A stretch of DNA of 47,478 nt from Psammoneis japonica (taxonomy: Eukaryota). Location of the stretch: positions 310,001 through 357,478 of the forward strand of contig QPGO01000089.1 in the NCBI GenBank assembly GCA_008632985.1, written 5' to 3'. Both the position numbers and the translations under genes were made by a program. A model generated the notes under the pieces. The model saw only the letters and a program-made list of their open reading frames with translations, had not been told where the DNA came from and made no database searches. Positions 1-10,700 of the stretch are shown one piece after another. Every line of letters starts with the position of its first letter. Positions within the stretch are counted from its first letter, which is position 1.

Positions 1-2
1 TC

Positions 3-518
3 TCATGGGGTCCGCCGCCGTGTACCGGTAGGCTGTATCTTCTCACTTGTTGAGTAGAGAAATAAAACGAGTGCGTCGCTCCATCCAGCCTCATTTTCGG
101 CGACTGTTGCTGGACGAGTATCATATGATACGGAGTTGACGGTTTGCTTTGACATCCTCATTATTTGTAATGTGTAGTTTCCCGATAATCTTGACAAGCA
201 TCCCCACACCTTCCCAACCTCCGAGAATTCCAAAGTGTGACGTTTCTTCTTGTAGTCTTGTTCGTAAAAGAGGCGAGTCAATAACGGTGATTATTGCGGT
301 TTGACGCGGTAAAACGGCAAGGTCTTCCATGACAACCAACGGGAGTCTAGTCGACTGCTTGCAACACCTTCGAATTTTTCTCTGAAGGAACGACATGGAA
401 ACACTATTGCTCGACAGATGAATCCGAGCTTCTGGTCGTCGACTTGATAATAATGCCGGAGCGAACCCAGTTTGTTGTCAGCCCAAATAATAAAAGGCAA
501 CTGAAGAACCAGTTGCAT
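3..518 (-). other. Possible hypothetical coding remnant (two in-frame ORFs separated by one stop)
   Basis: ORFs 291..518 and 3..281 are in the same minus frame, separated by a TAA at 291-293. No family motif recognised. Confidence 0.2.
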
Positions 519-740
519 CGCAAAGTTAATTTTCTTTTTGTGATGACGTTACCTGGTGATCAAACTTTCGGATGACCAGCTTTTGCGTTGGCGGCTCAAA
601 CGCGTTCTGGCATTTCTGCAAAGAAGCAGTCGCCGCCACGTCCAATTGCATGAGCATTTGCCTTTCGTTGCAGCGGCGTGTATTTCGCTGAGACCACAGA
701 CATTCATTCAAAAGCTGCAAAGCGGCCAAAATTCAACTGC

Positions 741-1982
741 TCAATCCCCGGCACTACTACTGGCCAACAATCCAATGCCAGATAGATAGGCGAGATACAT
801 CCCGACCAGTACGAGTGCCATGGTGGACCGCAATTTCACCTGGACGAATTCGCCAAAGAGAAAAACGTCCCAAAGGGTAGACACGAGTGGATATGCCTGC
901 ACAAGATCTGCGGTTGCAAATCCTACCAGCTTGCCACCCTGAAATTGTAGCACGTTGCCCAAGGCACATAAAGCACCCGCCAAAACAGCCAGTCTCCGAT
1001 TCCAACAGCCCTCGCCAAGAGCAAAGTACTTGCACAAGACCTGCCCAAGCGTAGTTTCACTACTCTCTCGGCACAATAGCGTAGTATTTCCAACAAGGCT
1101 TGCAACCCAAAAACTCCCACTAAACCATACATTGGCTTGTACGACACTCAGCGGACTACCGTCGCTCCAGCCAAATGGATCATTGACGGCAATGTTGAAG
1201 GCCGGCGAGAAGAATCCAAAGCACAGCCCGCCCAAAAACGCAACCACTAGTCCTCGCCTTTGATTCTCGCCAGATTTTATAAGGTCGCAAGGCAAGCCAT
1301 CATCACGCCAAGTATCCTCTTCTTCCCCAGCATTGACTGTCGCACCGTACTGCTCGTTTGACTTCATTTCAATTTCAGTGTATTGAACAGAACCTGCCTT
1401 GCTGCTGCCATGATCCTTATTTCTTCTGGTTGATACCGTGTACATGAGCTGCGCCTTGGTTGCCAACGCAATGGCAAGCATGAATACAAAGACACCCGTC
1501 CATAGTAAAACTGGATGGTGCGTCATGTTTGGTTCCAAGAGATAATTGATAGACGTGCCAAGACACACCGTGAGCGATGCTTGAATGGCCAAGACCGTTG
1601 TAATGGGTGCTCCGAAAACTGCTGTAGCCCATTGCAGAGACAAATTCCCACAGCTAAGCAAAATACCGCCAATTATCGCAGCGACGAGCAGTAAAACGGA
1701 CGTCTTTCCAGATTCGGCGTTGTTGTGAGATAGCAACAGGACTAACAAGAAGGGTATGCAGCTGATCAAAAAGTACGTCAGCGAGTAGTCCAAGTAAACA
1801 TGGCAGACGTGCCGATGAGTAGGCTCGAGAAGTCCAGATCTACAGCAAGAACTCGATTCTGACTGCTGATCGCTGTCGTCCTCACTCATGGAACCGAGTC
1901 GAAGCAGCGCTGGCCATGTTCCGAGACAGAAAAGGCTGAAAATAAGCAGCAAAATACCGAGCGCTTCGTCAGAAGAAACCAT
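741..1982 (-). CDS. UPS: Ureide permease (UPS family, DMT-superfamily membrane transporter)
   Basis: 413-aa multi-TM ORF with the plant UPS hallmark motifs LFCLGTWPALL, HVYLDYS, GLCFGFFSPAFNIAVND, GNVLQFQGG and ADLVQAYPLVSTLWDVFLFGEF. Confidence 0.9.
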   Translation of the reverse strand: MVSSDEALGILLLIFSLFCLGTWPALLRLGSMSEDDSDQQSESSSCCRSGLLEPTHRHVCHVYLDYSLTYFLISCIPFLLVLLLSHNNAESGKTSVLLLVAAIIGGILLSCGNLSLQWATAVFGAPITTVLAIQASLTVCLGTSINYLLEPNMTHHPVLLWTGVFVFMLAIALATKAQLMYTVSTRRNKDHGSSKAGSVQYTEIEMKSNEQYGATVNAGEEEDTWRDDGLPCDLIKSGENQRRGLVVAFLGGLCFGFFSPAFNIAVNDPFGWSDGSPLSVVQANVWFSGSFWVASLVGNTTLLCRESSETTLGQVLCKYFALGEGCWNRRLAVLAGALCALGNVLQFQGGKLVGFATADLVQAYPLVSTLWDVFLFGEFVQVKLRSTMALVLVGMYLAYLSGIGLLASSSAGD

Positions 1983-2570
1983 ATGTCGACAACAAAACGC
2001 TTGTCGCTTTCAATCAATCACAAATCATACGAGTCATCTAAACCCTATTGTATGATCGATGTGACAGGGAGAGCTCTACTCTCATGGTTAGTTATGTGGT
2101 TGACACCGCCACCCAGAGCCCAGAGCAGAAGCCGCAAGCCAGCCACATACCGGTAGTCCTAGCTACTAGAGTGGCGTAGTGGAGCGCGACGATACGAGCG
2201 AGTGCGAATTGTCAGAATGGGCGCGCGATGGTTCGTTGGGTTTTGCCTGTACAACGAAATTACCGTATTTAAATAAATTTTCATATAGAAAAAGTGATAT
2301 CGATAAATAATAATTTCTCCCTTTAAATACGTAAGAGGAGTGAAAAGAAAGCAAGTCCTGCATTGCTTGGTTGACCGTTGCTCATAATCGACACAACAAT
2401 TGAAATAACTGACGGGTCGAGTTGTGGAGCTCATATTCACCATGACAGAACGACAGCACTCCACCAACATGTCATTTCTGACAGTGAGACAGGTGAGGAC
2501 ACATTTTCTTACAAGCTCTAGAACACTGAGAGGGAGAGCTGAAGCCGAGAACTGAGCACATTCAACTCAC

Positions 2571-4667
2571 ATGCGCTGTGCGCTGATTGACTCTTGCGTG
2601 AAGCAGAAATGGACCAAGGCGAAAAAATACATCCAAGAGTACCCGCAGGCTATGCATGATCTCACAACTTTGTTTGGTGGAGAATCTTTGATTCATTTTC
2701 TCTGTCGCTGCGATTGTGGTTGTTGGCTGAAACTGTGCGAATTGTCTGGTTGTGAAGGAGTTAAAAGGGGAGCGGAAACGGAAGATGAATCATCCCTTCA
2801 AAGACTTGCCTTTGTGCAGTCGGAAGATGGGTTCGAGATTTCCCGTCAAATGTGTGACTTTGTGCAGTCAATTTTTGATGTGGCTTTCAGCAGAGACGAT
2901 TTGGATTCATCCGAGAGACGGGAACTCGCACGATCAATGCTGTTCTGTCACGATGGATTTGGAAATGCGCCGCCACACACCCACTTTGACGAGAATGGTC
3001 GTGCATTGAATCAAGCGCTTGCTGAGACTTTTCTGGACTCAGCTCGAAAGATCTCTCCCACAACTCCGCACGAGTTGGTGACTGCTGCAAACGACGCTGG
3101 CTTTGCAGTGTTGCACTGTGCTTGTTTTTCTGAAAACAACGATGTTCCCCATGTTGACTTTATGCAGTCAATGTTTGACATGGCTTTCAGTGGAGACGGT
3201 TTGGATTCATCCAAGAAACTGGAACTCACGCGATCAGTGTTGTTCTGCCGCGACAGATCTGGACGCACGCCGCTGCTCATCCACTTTGACTGCATTTGGG
3301 GTGCGAAAAATCCAGCACTTGCAAAGACTCTTCTGGATTCGGCTCGAAAGATCCATCCCACAACTCCGCATGAATTGGTGACTTCTGCAAACGACGATGG
3401 CTTTGCAGCGTTGCACCGTGCTTGTCGCTCTAGAGATGACGATGCTTCCCATCAAATGTGTGACTTTTTGCAGTCAACATTTGATGTGGCTTTCAGTGGA
3501 GACAGTTTGGATTCATCCGAGAAACTGGAACTCGCGCGATCAATGTTGTTCTGCTGTGATAGATCTGGAAACACGCCGCTGCTCCTCCACTTTTACAGCA
3601 GCTTTGCAAGCAGCTTGGACAGTCCGAATCTGGCTCTTGCAAAGTTTCTTCTGGATTCGGCTCGCAAGATCTCTCCCACAACTCCGTGCGAATTGGCAAC
3701 TGCTGCAAACGACAGCGGCGTGACACCATTCCACTGCACATTCGATGGGAGGTGCTCAGAGCTTCTTGTGGCTTGTTGCAGTGATGCTCCGTCAGAGGAT
3801 CCCACTTTAATTCTAACTGCAGAAGGTGATTCTTGTCTGGACTGGGTGGGTGAACTTGGTGCATCCCCAAGGCACTGGAAGCTGCTGTTGGGATGTGGCG
3901 CTGGAGGACTTGTGCATCAAGACAATCGGGGGTGTTTTCCGGTTGACGCGATCATGGTTGTGGATGACGATCATCTTCATGAGTGACCACGAGAGTCTGT
4001 CCATGAAATCGTCGATCTCATGTTGCGTGCTCACTTTGAAAAACTTGAAGCAGCATCAGAAGACTGGTTTCCACTTCATGCTCTAGCGCAAGCACCCTTT
4101 TGTCGCCCACACGTGTTGAGGGTTCTCCTTGACATTTCTGACTGGAGCAGCCAGCTTTTGACCTTTGATCATCAAGGCATGTTGCCACTTCACATGGCGG
4201 CAGCACAGCCGGACTCGAAGGTTGTGAGTGCCCGGCGGCCCCCGCCGTTTTACCCGGACCTTTTAATCCCGTTGTTGATTGATGCGGAAATGCCGGAAGG
4301 CGAAAACAACATGATTCTTGTGTTGCTGAATGCTTGTCCTCAGGCTGCGGCTCTTTCAGTAAAAAAGACTGGTGGTCGGCTGGCACTTCACTGTGCCATT
4401 GAATCGGGTCATGAGTGGGAAGCAACAAGGCCGTTGTGGAAGGCTGGTCCAGATTCGGCTGGTCTAGATTCGGCGACTGCTCTCGACCCAATGACTGCTC
4501 TCGATCCAAAGACAAGATTGTTTCCATTCTTGCTGGCTGCGTCAGCTCCTGAGAAGCCTCCTTTGGACTTCAAGAGGATGTCTGACGGTGGACTGGATGT
4601 GACACTCGAGTTGGCTCGCCTTCGTCCGGAGCTGCTTGAGTCAGGAACACCCAAGCATTTTTCTCCC
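2571..4667 (+). pseudogene. Ankyrin-like repeat protein gene, hypermutated: in-frame premature stop and 3' MITE insertion
   Basis: ORFs 2571..3986 and 4020..4769 share a frame, broken by TGA at 3984-3986 (probably CGA->TGA). Motifs DRSGNTPLL, DHQGMLPLHMAA, GGRLALHCAIESG and DPKTRLFPFLLAAS. Only 3 Tyr in the first 471 aa, with many Cys/His. A MITE begins at 4668. Confidence 0.75.
2830..3740 (+). repeat. Three tandem ~300-bp (~100-aa) intragenic repeats
   Basis: Recurring CDF.QS.FD.AFS.D.LDSS...EL.RS.LFC.D..G..P....F...LLDSARKI.PTTP(H/C)EL at ~300-bp period (e.g. caactccg at 3061, 3361 and 3679). Confidence 0.9.
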
Positions 4668-5066
4668 GACGGGCTCCAGTCCCAGGTGGGACTTTTTGTG
4701 ACATTGGGCCCGTGGAATTCTGCATGCGAGCTCCGCAGTAAAATCACCAAGCAATGGACACATGAATGATCGCCAACAGAAAAAGAGGCAATTTTGCGAA
4801 CGCATCTCCTCCTCCACACTTGAAGCACATTCTTTGCAGCATGCCCGGGCACACTCTTTGGACATTGAAGAATGTGCCCAGCGCATTTTTGTTGACATGA
4901 GTGCAGATGACAGAAAGCCTTTGGCTTCACAAAACAGGCAGTGTGGAACAATTTTTTTTTATAATGGAACACGTAGAAATGTGCGTGTGAAACATGCGAC
5001 GGGTGACAAAAAACAATTGTGTCACAGCCCAGCAGTGCGAGGTCCCACCTGGAGCTGGAACACGTC
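4668..5066. mobile_element. ~400-bp MITE, GAC...GTC termini, 4-bp TSD TCCC (mutated copy)
   Basis: Left end gacgggctccagtcccaggtgggac, right end gtcccacctggagctggaacacgtc. TCCC at 4664-4667 and 5067-5070. Colinear with 30532..30927. Confidence 0.9.
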
Positions 5067-5562
5067 TCCCTGAGCCAATTCAATGACTGAGATGGCCATG
5101 TGTTTGTCATGCATGCAGAGACAGCCTGAACCACAGCATCACGTAGAAGCAGACAATTCTTTTTAAACACAACAAAGCAGAAGGCACAGTCGACACGCAT
5201 TGCAGCACCCCCGCTCTGAAGCACACGACAGAAGGGAGAAAGAAATCAACTGTCATGAGTGCCGAGCTTGTTTCTGGCAATGAAACGTTTGTAATCACCC
5301 CCCCCCCCCCCCCATTTTTTACCACAATGCATTTCCAGCCGACTGAATGCCATGCCAACAGGGCCCTGCTGAGCTCCTGATGACTTTTGGGGTCACAAGC
5401 AGAGGTTGGCGTTAGTCACAGCTATCACTAAAAATCGTCCCTCGTACTTTCACGTGTGATAAAGGTGCTCCGCGAAAAGTTAGTTTCATTTTCAAATACC
5501 CGGCACCATGAACAATACATGCCTGTTCTACCGGCATTCTCGAACAAAAAGAAAATAGCTCC

Positions 5563-6101
5563 ATCGTTTAGTCGTGGCGCCAGAACCCCGGGTGCGGCAC
5601 CCGTTTTTTTTTTAATTTTTTTAATAAGGAAATTATGCATTCGACCAAGAAATTACTGTTTTTAATACGGAACAATAGCCGTTGACAAATGACACATGCG
5701 TCCGTTGAATCGATAAGATGTCAACACGATTGTTTACAATCATTTGGGGCCTCATATATGTACTCTTACTTTAATAATTGAAGATCAAAATGAGGTTGAT
5801 ATATCCAAAAATGAAAAACCCGGGCGCCACGCCCTATTTCTGGTGACAGCTGTATCTCTTGTAGAGTGCACACTTTGCCGTTGAGTTTCTATTGAGAAAT
5901 CTACAGAACTAGACAGAGTATCAGAGGGTGGCGTTATGTTATATCGAAAGAGTGTTGGTAATGCCGAACAAAGTAGCCGAAAATATTAGTGCTCCGTATG
6001 AAAAAATCAATTTCTTGGTCGAATGCATAATTTCCGTATTAAAAAAATTGAATAAAAACCCGGGTGCCGCACCCGGGGTTCTGGCGCCACGACTAAACGA
6101 T
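5563..6101. mobile_element. ~540-bp MITE with ~95-bp terminal inverted repeats (unmutated)
   Basis: atcgtttagtcgtggcgccagaaccccgggtgcggcacccg...ggaaattatgcattcgaccaagaaatt on the left is the reverse complement of ~6009-6101. Imperfect flanking duplication (agctcc / agctgc). Confidence 0.85.
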
Positions 6102-6140
6102 AGCTGCTATTTCTAATCTAGTTTAACTTTTAAAACGAAT

Positions 6141-7394
6141 CTACAAATGATAACTGCATACGCTGGGGTTGGCAATTAAGAGCTGGTAAACGACATCCAT
6201 TCCAATGCAATTGGCATCTCCCCCCTGATCCCGTGCTTCATTCTCGTCTTGCTCTGACCTTTCCAACAAACGTGCAGTACTTGATGAAAGGTTCTGCGCA
6301 GGATACAGCCCGGTAACCGGGTCTTGTGCAGCCAATGCACTAGGGTTGGCATCCACGAAAGCAAGGATGAGGTGGTCGGGATGACGACCATCATCACCAC
6401 CCGTCGATCCAGCGGCTATCAAGCCTGGATTATCCACGGCATAATGAAGAGGCAACCGACCTAAAGAGTCAACAGCAAAAGACGCTTCTGGATAACAGTC
6501 GACCAAAACATCTATGACGGTGGGATGGCTCACAAGATTCGACAAGAGCTTGTCAGACATGGGCTGTGCTGCAGCTGCGACATGCAATGGCAGGCGTCCG
6601 GCTTTGTCTTGTTCATCGACATTTATACCAAACACGTAGTGCTCATGTTGATGTACAAGCATGTGTACAATCAACGGCGGACATCTTGGTGTCGCACAGA
6701 CTGAATGTAGTGACAAGGATTGGCCGGAACTACCGCAGCCAGTTTGCAGGAGCGTCAGGGACCACTTGAGATACTGGCTGGGTGAAATGACACCAGTAGA
6801 ACTTATGTCCATGCTTTTCTCAATGCTCTGCTTGTTGTCCATCCAGTTGCGAGCCCACTGAAACCTTACGACACTCTTGTAAAGCAAGGACAACGGAGTG
6901 TCCCCGTTACAATCTTGTCTTGTCGCAACTTCAGGTGCCGCCTTTAACAGTGTTCGAAGAGTCGAGTCGTAGCCAGCAATGTTTGTCAAGGCCTGTCCTG
7001 TCAAAATGTGAAGAGGGTAGCTTCCGCATTTCATGGGTTTTGACGCTAGTTGAGGCTCAATATCCAAAAGCATGCTGACAACTTCATGCATATCCCAAGA
7101 GTTTCTCATAACGGCCACATGCAACACTGTAGCTCCAGCTCGGTTCCTCGCAATCAAGTAGTCTCTGTCCGGCACTTCAAGACCGGGATACTGCTCTGGA
7201 TTTTCCCTGTGTTGCTTGTAATGTTGAAGAAACGTACGAATGGCATTTGCTGAAACGCTCTGGGCCACGAGACGGTGCAAGGCTGTTTCACCCGTCGATG
7301 TTGTGGTGGGAAACTCCTTTTCATAATATGTGTCGGCAGCTCCGAACCAATGATTCGAAAGAAGCGGTTTCAACTCACGACGGGCAATATCCAT
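6141..7394 (-). CDS. Ankyrin-like repeat protein (intact)
   Basis: 417-aa ORF with GETALH, GATVLHVAV, GSYPLH, GDTPL, GRLPLHVAAA, GRLPLHYAV and the C-terminal DPVTGLYP...VYQLL.ANP motif seen in diatom ankyrin-like proteins. Normal Tyr content (15). Confidence 0.85.
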   Translation of the reverse strand: MDIARRELKPLLSNHWFGAADTYYEKEFPTTTSTGETALHRLVAQSVSANAIRTFLQHYKQHRENPEQYPGLEVPDRDYLIARNRAGATVLHVAVMRNSWDMHEVVSMLLDIEPQLASKPMKCGSYPLHILTGQALTNIAGYDSTLRTLLKAAPEVATRQDCNGDTPLSLLYKSVVRFQWARNWMDNKQSIEKSMDISSTGVISPSQYLKWSLTLLQTGCGSSGQSLSLHSVCATPRCPPLIVHMLVHQHEHYVFGINVDEQDKAGRLPLHVAAAAQPMSDKLLSNLVSHPTVIDVLVDCYPEASFAVDSLGRLPLHYAVDNPGLIAAGSTGGDDGRHPDHLILAFVDANPSALAAQDPVTGLYPAQNLSSSTARLLERSEQDENEARDQGGDANCIGMDVVYQLLIANPSVCSYHL

Positions 7395-7782
7395 AATTTC
7401 TCTACTGGATTAGAATGAGAAAAGCATTACAAATTTTCACAACAATGACAGTTAGTGAGATGATGATGTTACAGGATGTTCGGCTGTTATTGGGTTTGTT
7501 GGCACTTTTCGAGAATCGTGAGAGTCCCGCGTCATTTCGAAACGATGACGTGTGCCACAACATGAAAATTCTTTAAATGAGGATGACGCATGTGGCTTCA
7601 TATTTCGCGCGCCGGCCCTTCTTAGTCAGATTAGTCGAACAGTCCCTCCTTCATTCCGTCGAATACTGTAGACCTATGTAGACCTACCGTAGTCTACGAA
7701 GCACGAAACAACAAACAACAACACATACCATAACCCCAGCACACCCCGACACAACTCGAGTCGGCCCTAGGACGACAGAACG

Positions 7783-10700
7783 ATGATGAAAAGTGACAAT
7801 GACGTGCCTGAAGCGGGCAATGCATTAGATAGTATCATCGCAGAGACCAGTTCGAGAACGTCGAGGAGTAGCAGCAGTGCCGACAACAGAGACTACGAAA
7901 ATGCCGACAATCTCATCAGTCCCGCATCGTCCCTTCAAGATGAGCCGGGAGTCAATGAAAGTATCAAGGCTGACAACGATGGTTCCAAAAGGAGAAAACA
8001 TGGCGAGAGAAACGAGAGGCATGATCTCTTTAATGACCTGGGCGATGCAGTCACGTGGACGACGAACCAAGATAGGACTAAGGCATGTTGCTGCGGGCGG
8101 TTTGTGAATGGCGAGTTATGCGTGACTCGAGACCCTTGCGAAGCATGTCAGCGCCACGCTGCATCCTTTCGACTTGATATCCTTCGAGAACGATTTTCAT
8201 TGTCCGATCAGATCCTTGTTGCTGCCATGCGTAAAAGCGGCGGCAATATCAGTAGTACTACTGCTATGTTGATCGGCGCCGGTGCTCGTGCCAAGCCAGA
8301 TGAGTCCATCTTGAAGCAAGCCATGGATACCCTGGCATTACCACGTCACATGGTTCAAGTTGCATTACAAAGAAATAATATATCAATAATGGGTGCGGTT
8401 CAGTGGCTGGAGGATCCCGAACATGTTCAAGCTTGCTTTGAAGCTGCAGTCGATGCTCATTTGCACGACGACGTTGGAGAAAGTACCAACGAAGAAGCGG
8501 AAGAATTGACGCCGGCTTTGATGTGTTTAGCCGAGACATGTGAAGAGATAACCCCCAGCACATTAGTGGAGGGTATAGATGGGCATCATTTCCTTGTGGA
8601 TGTTTCGGCCAACAAATACCAGCAACACTGCGTTCTATGTGCCAGCCCCTTCCCAAGCCTTTACGCTGGAAACCGACAGTGCAAAGCTTGCCGGCTCTGT
8701 GAGGGCTGCATCAAGTATGGCGCCGTACATGTGTGTCCAAGTCTAGCCAATGGGACTTCAAATTTGCATGATCACCCTCTAACCTTCACACTTGCTAGAG
8801 AGCAGTGCATCTGCGATCCGGAGATTCGTGGTGTCTGTATCGACTACGATGGAAACGACGACGAAGTTTATCATGACAACCGATCCTTTTGGTCGTGCAC
8901 TGAGTGTGACTATGACGTTTGTACAAATTGTATACGACATGATTTTCAATCGAATGGAGCTCGGAAACGTCATAATGCGCCGTGGTACAGCATCTTTGAA
9001 TCTCATCTCGAAACAGACCGACAAACGAGCAAGAGTTTTATGAAGATCCATATGATGACTGCCACTATCCATCTGAAAGTGTGTGCTTGAGTATCAGTGA
9101 CAGCGATGACAACATCAACGATAGTGACAGCTGCAGCGAAGATAGCGAGGAGGATAGTGACTCGTCGATAGATTCCTCGGATGTGAGCGAATGCAACAGC
9201 GAAGATAGCGAGGCGTACTGTTGTTGCCCAAAACATCTGGGCAGCTTTGACTCTACTAAGGCTTCGCGAACTCTTGCTTTGCTTTGGAACGAGGCATTGT
9301 TAAGGCAGTCAAAAACAGGCGTGGACATTATTTTGGGAACTGGGCAGATTGGAACTACAGCGCCTAGCGCATCGAATGGAGTTGCCACAGTGGCGACTAG
9401 ATACGACGATAGCGAAGTGCTTAGTCCGATTGCGGGAACGCAGCTCTCACTGGAGGCGACCGAGGCACTTCGATTCTTCAAAGAATTAGATGGGGTTTCC
9501 GCTGCCTGTGCGACTTACGCGGAGCACTTCTTGCACCAAGCGGAACAAAAGATGAATCAAGAGAAACCGTCAGAACTTTGCCCGATCTCAAAGCGTTCTC
9601 TACGCTTTCAAATATACAATGCTGTTGCATGTGGTAGTTTGGATATTGCATCTGCACTTCTTTTCTTCCACTCGTACTTCTTCGACGACAACACGAAGCA
9701 GGATGTAGTATGCTGGTGCGGGGATCCGATCCAGCAACACGGAAGTGAGCCTGTGACGTGTCTCGGTGGTCATGGCATGCACGCGGCTTGTGCCGCAGAT
9801 TTGGCGTTAGGCGGTGGCTCGTGTCCAACGTGTCGTAGTCCTATGTTTCTATCAGAGCTGTCCCGAACAGAGTTTGAGGCGGCGGATTCTCTTGTGGATG
9901 ATACTCCTCCTGAGATCAAAAACCAGATAGTGGACGGAGAATCGACTGAGGAAGCTACTAAGGCCAAAATAGCGGTCGGGGATGTTGTTGAAATTCATGC
10001 TGATGTGAAGCACTGTGCGGATGTTCAGAGACGCAGTCCATTGTCCGGCGGCTGGAACAAGTCGATGGAATTAGCGTGTGGATCAAAGGGGGAAATCATG
10101 TCAGTAGTGACGGATATGCACGGAAAAACGACATCAGCTCGTTTAAAGACACTCCCCAAGGTTGGAAGGGATGGACAATCGCACCATGTCCTTCGTAGGG
10201 AGGACGACTTTGCTTGTGATGGGTGTGATATGGTTGGTCCATCAGATCAGACTGGTTCTAGGGTGTGTATAAATTGTAATTTATGTGGCAGATGCTGTGC
10301 CATGCCGACGCGCACGCGCTGTCAGGCGTCTCGGCTAAATCAATGGAGCTGGGATCTCTCACTCTTGTCTCTTACTCGAGCCCCTCCGGAGAAAGGCGTT
10401 GTAAACAGCGATGACTTGGACGGTCCCGCTTCTTCTGTACAAAGCGCTGACCAAGACATGTCACGCTTGCGTGCGGAGCTTGTTGCTGTCAAGACGGCTC
10501 GCGAAAGTGTCACGAAGCGACTTGATCAAGTCGACCTTAGGAAATCTTTGCCGATCTTGTCAGGTTTCTTGAGTCTAGCAACGACTCCGACAACGCGTTG
10601 TCCGCTCTATCTTCTCCGGATATCCTCAGGGCGGCTCATCTTGTTAAGTTGGGGAATGAGGCACTGATTGACGTACGACAAGAAGATCTACAGGCTGGTC

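Larger units (their letters stand above)
2650..5400. other. Hypermutated domain A (TpA-depleted)
   Basis: TA dinucleotides are scarce and TG/CA abundant. TA returns abruptly at ~5420 (gctatcacta) and is common before ~2650. Boundaries estimated by eye. Confidence 0.75.

Noticed and set aside
4409..5224. 271-aa minus-strand ORF
   Set aside because: Antisense to the ankyrin pseudogene and MITE; open only because stops are depleted in the TA-poor domain.
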